Source: an uncultured bacterium (GTDB lineage Bacteria > Edwardsbacteria > AC1 > EtOH8). Taken from it: DNA of 64,000 nt. The notes below the pieces were generated by a model. It saw only the letters and a list, made by a program, of their open reading frames with translations. It was not told where the DNA came from and searched no databases. Location: positions 11,667-75,666 of the forward strand of contig CAZFJC010000012.1 in assembly GCA_964518765.1 (NCBI GenBank), written 5' to 3'. A program made the position numbers and the translations under genes. This document shows positions 47,028 through 55,822 of this stretch, piece after piece (positions within the stretch are counted from its first letter, which is position 1; every line of letters begins with the position of its first letter).

Positions 47028-47675
47028 TCACACCAGCTTGGCAGCCTCCCGTATCAACCCCACCGCCTGCCCGATGGAGAAGAGCCCGGTGTTGACCACC
47101 AGGTGGTAGTGGGCAGGATCGGCCCAGTCCTTGCCGTAGAAATCGCGGATGTAGGCCGCCCGGGCCTTGTCCTTCTTGTGGATCCGCTCCCTGGCCTCCT
47201 TCTCGCCCAGCTCCTGCCGCTCCATCACCCTTCTGACGCGGTGCTCCAGGGGCGCCACCAGCTTGATGTGCAAGCAGCCCGGCTTCCCGGCCAGCAGGTA
47301 CTGGCTCCCCCGGCCCACCAGCACCACCTCGCCCTTCTGGTAGAGGCTCTCGATGACCGCCTGGGTGAACCTGAGGTACTGCTCGGCGTCGAAGAAGTCG
47401 CCTCCGGCCGGCAATGGCCCGGCCATGGGCATCTCGAAGCCCATCACCGAGTACAGCGAGGGGTTGGCCAGAAACAGGTTCGACAGGTACTTGGAAAGCG
47501 GCGAGTACTCCTCCTGATCGAACTTCTCCACCCGCTCCGAGGCCACCTTGGCCTGCTGGGCCACCTTGATGATCACCGCCTTGTCGGCCAGCTCGTAGCC
47601 CAGGGCCCGGGCCAGCTCCCGGGCTATCTCCCGACCCCCGGCCCCGTGCTCCTTGGATATGGTTATTACCGCCAT
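47028..47675 (-). CDS. Cytidylate-kinase-like family P-loop protein
   Basis: MAVITISKEHGAGGREIARELARALGYELADKAVI.. (Walker A-like GAGG). Cytidylate_kin2-like layout. An alternative upstream start at 47699 is possible. Confidence 0.55.
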   Translation of the reverse strand: MAVITISKEHGAGGREIARELARALGYELADKAVIIKVAQQAKVASERVEKFDQEEYSPLSKYLSNLFLANPSLYSVMGFEMPMAGPLPAGGDFFDAEQYLRFTQAVIESLYQKGEVVLVGRGSQYLLAGKPGCLHIKLVAPLEHRVRRVMERQELGEKEARERIHKKDKARAAYIRDFYGKDWADPAHYHLVVNTGLFSIGQAVGLIREAAKLV

Positions 47676-48070
47676 ACTAAATTCCCTCTCAGATAACAAC
47701 TAACGGATAACGAACGTTAACCGCGGCCTTTCTCTATCGTACTGTAAAGCAGCCCTCCCATCTTCTCCACGTCTTGGAACAGCTCTTCGTGTGTCTCGGC
47801 GTCGAGATCCCCGGTGTCGCGCAGGAGATCGAGCCGACCGCCTCCGCCATATTGACGCCTATCGAGGTTCCCGATTTCAGAAGTCGCCTTGACCTCGCTT
47901 TTTCGACTTTTTCATCATTAACTTGTATTTTTTACTATCTTTACTGCAAAGGCATAATCCTTGGTAAATATAGAATGCTTTTATCCGCGCCCCCGATATT
48001 TCCCTTTACCTTTGCCGATGGTATACTATTGACTTGCTGTTAGCTGTTATCTGTTTGTTGTTAGTCGAAA

Positions 48071-49228
48071 TCACCGGCTGCGCAGCAGCGCCCCCACCCC
48101 CTGGTACCTGTCCAGCTCGGACTTGCCGGAATAGAACTCCACCTTGGCGCCGCTCCTGACGGCCAGCTCCACCAGCTCCTCCTTCATGTCGGCGGCCTCG
48201 GTCACCTCCTGGCTCTGGCAGAAGGGGCAGTTCCTGGCCTTTCCTCCGCTCCCCATCTGCATGCAGCTGGCGCACTTCCATCCGCGGCCGGCGTACTGGT
48301 CGGAAACCACCAGCAGCTCGGCCTGCCCGCTCTGAAGCGCGTTGAGGGTGGCCTCGGTGCCCACCACCGCCCGGCCGCCCTTGCCGGTCCCCCATACCAC
48401 CGCCTCCCGGGCCGCCCTCATCGAGCCCTCGTTCTCCGCCCTCTTGAATATGGCCAGCGTTTCGGAAAGCATCCGGTGGCGCGGGGTTCTTATGTCCATG
48501 GCGCCGCCCTCGATGGTCATGGCCTTCAGGGCCGGAGGCATCTGCCTCTTGAACTCGGCCTGGACGCCGTTGTCGGCCATCAGGATGACGGCATCCACCC
48601 GCCCGCCGAGAAAGAACCTGACGGCCTTCTGCAGGACGGCCTTGGCGTGTTTGGATACCTGTTCCATCAAATGCCGGCGGTAGCGTTCGTCCGAGTGTCC
48701 CAGGCGGCCCTTCTTGGTCTCGTAACCCTTGCTGGCCACGGCCTCGACATCGCTGACGATGTCCATCTCCTCCTCGACCTCGCCCAGGTTAACCCGTATC
48801 AGCCTGGCCCTCTTCTCGTCGCTCATGATGACGCCATAGGCGGAGAAGTCGTCGGCCATCTTCACCAGGGGATAGATATAGGGCAGACGGGAGACGATGA
48901 CGTGATTCTCGAAAGGCTGGGCCGTCTGGACCGCGGTGAAGACCTTCTTGCCCTGTGATATAAAGAGCGCCAGCCCCCGGGCGCGGCTGTTCACCTCCTC
49001 CTTCAGGTAGCGGTTGATCTCCCTGATGTCGGCCATCAGGTAGCCGTCAAGCGGGGAGCGCTGGGCGTACTGCTTCTCCAGCTCGGAGAACCTCTTCTTG
49101 AGGAAGGTCTGGTAGTGCCGCTGCCCCTTGGGGTCGGGCCGCAGGTCCAGGTAGAGGCTCATGATCAGGCCCTCGTCCAGCCTGATCTTGGCCAGTTGAC
49201 GGATAGTGCTGTTAATGTCGGTGCCCAT
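48071..49228 (-). CDS. eRF1/Pelota-superfamily protein (bacterial eRF1-like, 'baeRF' type) with a C-terminal zinc-ribbon insert; no GGQ motif
   Basis: 385 aa. C-terminal eRF1 domain-3-like block GTEATLNALQSGQAELLVVSD followed by WKCASCMQ..NCPFCQ (Zn ribbon). N-terminal LYLDLRPD.. and a central domain without GGQ. RBS GGGAGGA 9 nt upstream of the ATG. Confidence 0.55.
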   Translation of the reverse strand: MGTDINSTIRQLAKIRLDEGLIMSLYLDLRPDPKGQRHYQTFLKKRFSELEKQYAQRSPLDGYLMADIREINRYLKEEVNSRARGLALFISQGKKVFTAVQTAQPFENHVIVSRLPYIYPLVKMADDFSAYGVIMSDEKRARLIRVNLGEVEEEMDIVSDVEAVASKGYETKKGRLGHSDERYRRHLMEQVSKHAKAVLQKAVRFFLGGRVDAVILMADNGVQAEFKRQMPPALKAMTIEGGAMDIRTPRHRMLSETLAIFKRAENEGSMRAAREAVVWGTGKGGRAVVGTEATLNALQSGQAELLVVSDQYAGRGWKCASCMQMGSGGKARNCPFCQSQEVTEAADMKEELVELAVRSGAKVEFYSGKSELDRYQGVGALLRSR

Positions 49229-49319
49229 GTTTGCATTCCTCCCGTCAAATAGATTTATCTTTATTCCAGCGTTGCCAGGCCTGCGGCCATCAAAATGGCC
49301 GCAGGCCCGGCTCTTTTGC

Positions 49320-50243
49320 TCAGGCCTTGCCGGCGCAGCCGAACAGCCGCACCTTGCCCTTGACCACCTCCCGGACCGCGTCCCGGCCCGGGCCCAGGTA
49401 CTTGCGGGGGTCGAACTCCGACGGATTCTCGGCGAAGACCTTGCGGATGGCCCCGGTCAGGGCGATCCTCAGGTCGGTGTCCACGTTGATCTTGCAGACG
49501 GCCATCTTGGCCGCCCGGGCCAGGAACTCCTCGGGCACCCCCCGGGTCCCCGGCAGCTTGCCGCCGTACTTGTTGCAGACCTCCACCAGCTCGGGCGGGA
49601 CCGACGAGGCCCCGTGGAGCACGATGGGAAAGCCGGGCAGCAGCTTCTGTATCTTCTCCAATCTATCGAAATCAAGGGTCGGCTCGCCCTTGAACTTGTA
49701 GGCCCCGTGCGAAGTGCCGATGGAGACGGCCAGGGAGTCGCATCCGGTGAGCTCCACGAACTTCTTGGCCTGCTCGGGGTCGGTATAGACAGATTCCTTG
49801 GCCCCGGGCTCGTCCGAGGTCGAGGTCAGCTTGCCCAGCTCGGCCTCCACCGGCACCCCCTTGGCGTGGGCGTATTCCACTACCTCTTTGGTTATCTTGA
49901 CGTTGACCTCGAAGTCCTCGTGCGAGGCGTCGATCATCACCGATGAGAAACCGTCGTCCACGCAGGCCTTGCACAGCTCGAAGCTGTCCCCGTGGTCCAG
50001 GTGCAGAGCGATGGGCAGGTCGGGGTAGGTCTCCACCGCCGCCTTGACCAGGTGGGTGAGGTACTCCCGCCGCGCATATTTGCGGGCCCCGGATGACACC
50101 TGCAGGATGAGGGGCGCCCTCTCGGCCGCCCCGGCGTCGACGATGGCCTGCAGCAGCTCCATGTTGTTGACGTTGAAGGCGCCGATGGCGTATCCTCCTT
50201 GATAGGCCTTCTGGAACATCTCTTTGGTGCCGACCAGTGGCAT
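49320..50243 (-). CDS. fba: Fructose-bisphosphate aldolase, class II
   Basis: 307 aa. YAIGAFNVNNMEL..LHLDHG..IDASHE..HGASS. Confidence 0.9.
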   Translation of the reverse strand: MPLVGTKEMFQKAYQGGYAIGAFNVNNMELLQAIVDAGAAERAPLILQVSSGARKYARREYLTHLVKAAVETYPDLPIALHLDHGDSFELCKACVDDGFSSVMIDASHEDFEVNVKITKEVVEYAHAKGVPVEAELGKLTSTSDEPGAKESVYTDPEQAKKFVELTGCDSLAVSIGTSHGAYKFKGEPTLDFDRLEKIQKLLPGFPIVLHGASSVPPELVEVCNKYGGKLPGTRGVPEEFLARAAKMAVCKINVDTDLRIALTGAIRKVFAENPSEFDPRKYLGPGRDAVREVVKGKVRLFGCAGKA

Positions 50244-50312
50244 GGCTTTCCTCCATGTTTAATATGGTGCTAATTATATATAGTAATATCTAAACTGCCC
50301 GCTACCCGGCTG

Positions 50313-50717
50313 TCACTCCGCCCCCTCCTCCCCGCCCCCCGGCTTGAGCTCGAAGCGTTCCTCCAGGTCGTCCGCGGTGCCCGGCAACCGGTCCGGTCCG
50401 TCGCTCTTGATGGTGAAATGGTCGCTGGCCAGCTCCAGCCGGTAGGGCTGGTCGAAATAGTCCCGGTCCGACTGCTTGCCCTGGATTTTGACATGCTGCC
50501 GAAGCCAGCCGCTGAAGTCTGAGGCATCTGGCAGGTCGCCGCTGCAGCGGTAATTAGCTGCGATGGCCATGCCGGTGTTTCGCATCTCCGTCTGACTCAT
50601 GAAGGCATGATAGGTGTCCTTGACCGCCTGCATGGTCCGGCCCAGCCTGAACCCGCTCAGACGAAGGCCCAAGGCTACTATGGCCAGGAAGAGCACTTTG
50701 ACGAATATCTTAGGCAT
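50313..50717 (-). CDS. Small membrane-anchored hypothetical protein
   Basis: 134 aa from MPKIFVKVLFLAIVALGL (N-terminal hydrophobic anchor). The upstream 83 aa of the track ORF are rejected (Trp/Arg-rich, other frame of the neighbour). Confidence 0.4.
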   Translation of the reverse strand: MPKIFVKVLFLAIVALGLRLSGFRLGRTMQAVKDTYHAFMSQTEMRNTGMAIAANYRCSGDLPDASDFSGWLRQHVKIQGKQSDRDYFDQPYRLELASDHFTIKSDGPDRLPGTADDLEERFELKPGGGEEGAE

Positions 50718-52761
50718 GGGGCGGCGCCCCCAGCTGGGCCAGCCGTCCGCTGCCCAACCTCTCCAGCTTCTCCCCCAGCGACAGGTGCTGCGAGAAGAAC
50801 TGGTTAAAGTCATCTTTGGACAGGCAGAGCAGGCTGCCGTCAGTTCTGGCCACCACCGTGGCCGTTCTGGGGACATTGGCCAGCAGGGCAATCTCGCCGA
50901 AGGGATCTCCCTGGCGCAGGGTGGCCACCGGCGTCTTGTCGTCCGGCCCCAGCACCTCCAGCTCACCCTCCAGGGTCACATAAAAGAACTCCCCGACCTC
51001 GCCCCGCCTGATCACCGGCTGGTCCCTCTTCATGGGGATCCGTCGCACCCGCCGCAGCAGGCTAGCCATGGCCTCTGGCTCCAGTTCGGCGAACAGTGGC
51101 GAGGATTTGAGCACGTTGGCCCCGCGTATCAGCGACACCAGGTCGGCCCCGGACTGGCCTTCGGCCGCGGCCTGGAACGAGGCCCGGTCGATCACTATGG
51201 CCTCGCAGGGCTCCAGTGCCCTGACCGTGGCCGTCCTCGGCACCGATTCGATCAGGGCCACCTCGCCGAAGCAGTCTCCCGGCCCCAGGCGGGCCACTCT
51301 GGCTACCGCCCCGGTAACATCCTCCACCAGGACCTCGGCCCGGCCCTTGGTCAGCACGAAAAATTCTTCTCCTATATCGCCCTGCCGGATCAGCACCGCA
51401 CCCCGGGCGTGCCAGGTCCGCTTGGCCCGCTCCGCGATTTCCCTAACGACCTCGCCCGTCTGCCCGCTGAATATCGGGATGCCTTTCAGGACCTCGGCCA
51501 CCTGATCCGGCTCGGCCGCCTTCTGCGCCTTCCTCCTGGCCGTCCTGAACCTGGGGAACAGCGAGGCGACGGCCCCGGCCATGATGGCCAGCAGCCCGAT
51601 GGCTGCCGAGAAAAGGGACAGGCCCAGCGCGATGATGAAGAACCAGGATATGACGGCTAGGGCCGGGCTGGGGCGGCTGAATAACTGGCGCGAAAGCGGC
51701 AACAGGTTGCCCTCGGCCAATCGTTCCGCGAGGTAGAGGGCGGTAAAGAGCCAGGCCAGCAGCCAGACGCTGTACATGGCCATGGCCGGCTCGCCGCTGA
51801 AGCCCTTGGGGCTGGCCAAGCCCCTGAGGTATCTCCTGGTCAGGTAGGTCAGCGAGGAGCTGAGCGGCTGCCCTCCGGGTATCAGCGAAATGAAAAGCTC
51901 GTGGGCGCCTGTCCTGCCCACTGGGCACAAATCCATGAAGGCGGCCCCCAGCATTACCGCCACTATCAAGTTCATGGCTGCTGCAGCGCCATAACCTTTG
52001 AGCAGGACAATGGTCACCAGCCGAAGTATCGCGGCCATCAGGATCAGCCCCGCTAGGGCTTGGCCATGGGCCATCAATCTGATATTACGCGGGGCCCTCA
52101 CCAGGCACCTGGCGCCTGGATCGAAGTTGAGCAGTCCTGCTGTCAGCCGAAGGGCAAATCCGCTTGTCGGCATCCTGGCGGTCCTTAGGGTCGAGGCAAT
52201 TAAAAGCGACCGTAGGCTCAACGCCAGGGACGCTGCCAGGTATATGGTCGCCAAGCCCAGGGTGCTGCTGCCGCCTGGAAGCATCAGCTGCCAGATCCGG
52301 GGCAGGCCCAGAAAAGCCAGAATAATTATTCCGCAAATGGCCATTATTGCCGCGGGCCATAAACTGACGCTCTTTACGGACTTTGGTTCCGGATTCCGCC
52401 CACTGCCAAAACGAACGAGAATTATATCCTGCAGTTTATCAAGCCATCGGGGCCGACGGCACTGGCCCGCAGAAAGCAGCTCCCGGGCTATCTGATCATC
52501 CTCCAGCAACCCGGCTTTTGCCATCCGGAGGCAGATCGATTTGAGCTTCTGGAACGGAATATGGCCGTGGAACAGGTAGGCCTGGTAGGCGATGTCCTTC
52601 AGGGTCTGGCCAGTGAACAGCTTGGCCAGCCTGGCCTCCAGGTCATCCAGCACCAGGCTGTGCCGGCAGTCAGGGTAGCCAGCTACCCAGCTGCCATCGC
52701 CTCGGTCCCAGACCTGGCATCCCACTTTAAGTTTGACCTTGAAGTCCTCTAGTTCTGACAC
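50710..52761 (-). CDS. Polytopic membrane protein with two C-terminal cyclic-nucleotide-binding (cNMP/CAP_ED) domains
   Basis: About 680 aa. N-terminal soluble region, then ~8 predicted TM helices, then two cNMP-binding domains (..GDCFGEVALIESVPRTATVRA.. and ..GDPFGEIALLANVPRTATVVA..). Start set at the GTG at 52761 (AGGGA RBS); the track ATG at 52878 would overlap the upstream gene by 77 nt. Confidence 0.65.
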   Translation of the reverse strand: MSELEDFKVKLKVGCQVWDRGDGSWVAGYPDCRHSLVLDDLEARLAKLFTGQTLKDIAYQAYLFHGHIPFQKLKSICLRMAKAGLLEDDQIARELLSAGQCRRPRWLDKLQDIILVRFGSGRNPEPKSVKSVSLWPAAIMAICGIIILAFLGLPRIWQLMLPGGSSTLGLATIYLAASLALSLRSLLIASTLRTARMPTSGFALRLTAGLLNFDPGARCLVRAPRNIRLMAHGQALAGLILMAAILRLVTIVLLKGYGAAAAMNLIVAVMLGAAFMDLCPVGRTGAHELFISLIPGGQPLSSSLTYLTRRYLRGLASPKGFSGEPAMAMYSVWLLAWLFTALYLAERLAEGNLLPLSRQLFSRPSPALAVISWFFIIALGLSLFSAAIGLLAIMAGAVASLFPRFRTARRKAQKAAEPDQVAEVLKGIPIFSGQTGEVVREIAERAKRTWHARGAVLIRQGDIGEEFFVLTKGRAEVLVEDVTGAVARVARLGPGDCFGEVALIESVPRTATVRALEPCEAIVIDRASFQAAAEGQSGADLVSLIRGANVLKSSPLFAELEPEAMASLLRRVRRIPMKRDQPVIRRGEVGEFFYVTLEGELEVLGPDDKTPVATLRQGDPFGEIALLANVPRTATVVARTDGSLLCLSKDDFNQFFSQHLSLGEKLERLGSGRLAQLGAPPHA

Positions 52762-52801
52762 TGAGATTCCCTGCTGATTCGTCTTCTGTCTCTGTCCTTT
52801 C

Positions 52802-54904
52802 TCAGGAACCTGATTTTCCCTTTTGAGCCTCCTGCTCCTCCATCCGTTTGATGCACAGCTTGCAAAGGTGCTCCTCAATCGGGCCGTGCTCGGCGATGAA
52901 CTCTAAAAAGCCCTGCTTCTCCAACATCAGGAGCTGGCATTCGGTCTTGGCCACCACCGTGGCCGTCCGCGGCGAGTCGGTCAGCAGGGCGATCTCGCCG
53001 AAGGCGTCCCCCTTCCCTAAGGTGGCTATGACCGTCCGGTCGTCCGGACCCAGCACCTCCAGCTCGCCCTCGATCACCACGTAAAAGGCCCGCCCCTCCT
53101 CGCCGCGGCGGATGACCACCCAGCCCATGTCCACCGACATATGCTGGCCCACCTCTATGAACCTGGCCATTTCCTCCAGGGAAAGGCTGTCCAGGAATGA
53201 CGGATCCTTTAACAGATTGGTGCCGGCTAGGGTCCGGGCCAGGCTCTGGCCGTACTCCAGCTCCAGCACCTTGGTGCGGCGGTCGCAGACCTCGGAGGGC
53301 CCGTAGTATTGTATCGGCCCGGGATAGAGGTATTCGTTGTTCAGGGCCCAGCGCTCCCGGTTCTTGGCGAACTCCAGGAAGGGGCGGCTTTCAAGGTCGA
53401 CCAGGGCCTTGCGGATGACCGGAACCTCCCTGCCCTTTCTCCTCTCCAGCGCCATCATCGAAGCTAGGGGCACCCCTCCCGGAGCCCACTGATCGGCCGG
53501 CCGGGCCAGGTTGCGCACCACCGCCATATAGCCGGTGCGGCCCGAGGCCAGCAGGGCGGCGGCGGTGTAGCCCAGGCTGTAGGCATAGTCGGCGTCGAAG
53601 TTGGAGGGGGGAGCGCAGCGCCCCTCATAGCCGAAGAAATGGTACTGGGCCGAGAACTTCCCTTTATACATTCCCTTCCGGGCCAGTTCGCGCAGACGAT
53701 CGCCCACCATGTCCCCCAGCAGTTTCTCGGTCTCTATTTTGGAGACCTGGACGTTGCCGTGCGGGTCCCTGTCCTCCAGCAGTTGGCTGCGGATGCTCTG
53801 GGGCAGGACGGAGAAGGTCTGGGCCGATTCAGCCGAAAGCTTTCTCGCTAAAAACTGCTGCCTGTCCTCGTCGGTGGGAAGCGCCTGGTACTGGTCCCGA
53901 TCCCGGGCCAGGATGTCGTTGAGCTCGGCGATCAGCTTCTTGATCTCGGGGATGAACTCTACCAAGCCTTCGGGGATGACCGCTACCCCGAAGTCCATTC
54001 CCAGCTCCGAACGGTTGCGCACCACGCCGGCCAGGTAGTCGCAGAGCTCGACCAACCTGATGCTCCGGGCGGCCACCTCCTCGGAGATGATGGCGATGTT
54101 GGGCCGGCATTGCAGGGCGCACTCCAGGGCGATATGGGAGGCCGAACGCCCCATCACCCGGATGAAGTGCCAGTACTTGCGGGCCGAGTCAGCATCGCGT
54201 TCGATGTTTCCCACAAGCTCCGAGTAGATCTTGGTGGCGGTGTCAAACCCGAAGGAGCTCTCCATCCGTTCGTTCTTTAGGTCTCCGTCAATGGTCTTAG
54301 GCACCCCGACCACTTTGACGGGGATCCCTTCCCGAAGGAAGAACTCAGCCAGCAGACAGGCATTGGTGTTGGAATCGTCGCCGCCGATAACCACCAAAGA
54401 ATCAACGCCCAAGCTCTGGCAGGTTTCGGCCACCCGGCGAAACTGTTCTTCTTCTTCCAGCTTGGTGCGGCCCGATTGGATCATGTCGAAGCCGCCAGTG
54501 TTTCGGTAGCGGTCGACCGTCTCCCGGTCAAGCAGCCGGTGCCGGTTCTCCAGGATGCCGCCGGGGCCGCCCAAAAAGCCGAACAGCTTTGAGCCGGGGT
54601 CGGACGCCTGCAAGGCGTCGAACAGGCCGGCGATGACGTTGTGTCCACCCGGGGCCTGGCCCCCGGAAAGGACTACCCCGCAGACCAGGGGCTTGCTCAG
54701 CCTCCTCCCGGGTTCGGCCCCGAAGCTAACCAGGGGCAGGGAGCCGGTCCTGGGGAACTGCTTAGCCAAAGCGGCTCCGTCGCCGGAGGTCTCAGGCACC
54801 AGGCCCTCCATGGCCCGGACCGACATCCCGTGCTCGGAAAAGAGCGGAGGAAGTTTCGGTTTGTACCCCAGCCTGTTCTTCTGCAGAGCGGAGATATTCT
54901 CCAT
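52802..54904 (-). CDS. pfp: Pyrophosphate-dependent phosphofructokinase (long type) fused to a C-terminal cyclic-nucleotide-binding domain
   Basis: 700 aa. PFK core with GGDDS and PKTIDGD (PPi-type substitutions vs ATP-PFK GGDGS/PGTIDND), MGR motif. The C-terminal ~120 aa form a cNMP-binding domain (..GKGDAFGEIALLTDSPRTATVVAKT..). Confidence 0.8.
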   Translation of the reverse strand: MENISALQKNRLGYKPKLPPLFSEHGMSVRAMEGLVPETSGDGAALAKQFPRTGSLPLVSFGAEPGRRLSKPLVCGVVLSGGQAPGGHNVIAGLFDALQASDPGSKLFGFLGGPGGILENRHRLLDRETVDRYRNTGGFDMIQSGRTKLEEEEQFRRVAETCQSLGVDSLVVIGGDDSNTNACLLAEFFLREGIPVKVVGVPKTIDGDLKNERMESSFGFDTATKIYSELVGNIERDADSARKYWHFIRVMGRSASHIALECALQCRPNIAIISEEVAARSIRLVELCDYLAGVVRNRSELGMDFGVAVIPEGLVEFIPEIKKLIAELNDILARDRDQYQALPTDEDRQQFLARKLSAESAQTFSVLPQSIRSQLLEDRDPHGNVQVSKIETEKLLGDMVGDRLRELARKGMYKGKFSAQYHFFGYEGRCAPPSNFDADYAYSLGYTAAALLASGRTGYMAVVRNLARPADQWAPGGVPLASMMALERRKGREVPVIRKALVDLESRPFLEFAKNRERWALNNEYLYPGPIQYYGPSEVCDRRTKVLELEYGQSLARTLAGTNLLKDPSFLDSLSLEEMARFIEVGQHMSVDMGWVVIRRGEEGRAFYVVIEGELEVLGPDDRTVIATLGKGDAFGEIALLTDSPRTATVVAKTECQLLMLEKQGFLEFIAEHGPIEEHLCKLCIKRMEEQEAQKGKSGS

Positions 54905-55003
54905 GCTTGTCCTCTTTGGTTTTTCACCCGGTTTCCAGCTGTTGCCGGCGATACCCCCCTGCCGGCTTTGGAACTTGAGGCACGTCCTATGGAAAAAACT
55001 CTA

Positions 55004-55798
55004 TCAGTCCAGCGGGGCTGCGGCCGCAGCCAGGGCCAGCACCTCCAAGGCCCCGGCCTCCAACAGGGCCCGGGCGCAGGAGCCGATGGTGGCCCCGGTG
55101 GTCAGCACGTCGTCCACCAGTATCACCCGGCGGCCGCGTACCCGGGATGGATCCTTGACCTGGAAGATGTTCCGGACATTCTCCAGCCTTTGTTTCCGGT
55201 TGAGCCTGGTCTGGGTGGGATTGTGTCTGACCCGGCGCACGGCCTTGGGATCGGCCGGAATGCCGGTCATCCTGGAGAGCTCGTCGGCCAGCAGCTGGGC
55301 CTGGTTGTAGCCGCGTTCCCTGAGACGTGCGCTATGCAACGGCACGGCGACGATCAGGTCGGACTTAAGGTAGCAATCGTCCGTGCCCAGACAGCCGCGC
55401 ATCAGCGCCGCCAGACGCCGGGCGATGCTGCGCCTCTCCGAGTATTTCAATAGATGGATGGCCTCGGCCACGGTCCCGGCGAAGGGCCCAGGCGTCCTGA
55501 TATCGGAGCAATCCCACCCCTCGATGCGGCAGGAGTAGCACAGCCGTGGCACGGTCCCGGCTGGCAGCCCCGCCCCGCAGCGTTGACAGGCGCCTCCTCT
55601 GTCCCAGGTGATCGCCCGCCGCCAGCATTCCCGGCACACTGGCTCCCTCTGTCCGTCCGGCATCCGTTCGTGGCAGCAAGCACAGTACGGCGGAAAGGCG
55701 AAGTCGGCCAGAATGCCGGCCAGCCACCCCAGGAATTTCAGTGGACTTGCTTTGATCCACTGATTGACACGAGAATAGGCCGGAACATCCGTGTTCAT
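55004..55798 (-). CDS. ComF-family protein (double zinc ribbon + phosphoribosyltransferase domain)
   Basis: 264 aa. PPYCACCHE..CRECW..CQRCG..CYSCR (two Zn ribbons). PRTase motif VILVDDVLTTGAT. Confidence 0.7.
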   Translation of the reverse strand: MNTDVPAYSRVNQWIKASPLKFLGWLAGILADFAFPPYCACCHERMPDGQREPVCRECWRRAITWDRGGACQRCGAGLPAGTVPRLCYSCRIEGWDCSDIRTPGPFAGTVAEAIHLLKYSERRSIARRLAALMRGCLGTDDCYLKSDLIVAVPLHSARLRERGYNQAQLLADELSRMTGIPADPKAVRRVRHNPTQTRLNRKQRLENVRNIFQVKDPSRVRGRRVILVDDVLTTGATIGSCARALLEAGALEVLALAAAAAPLD

Positions 55799-55822
55799 CA
55801 GCGCCTGTTGGTGGAAGGGGGA

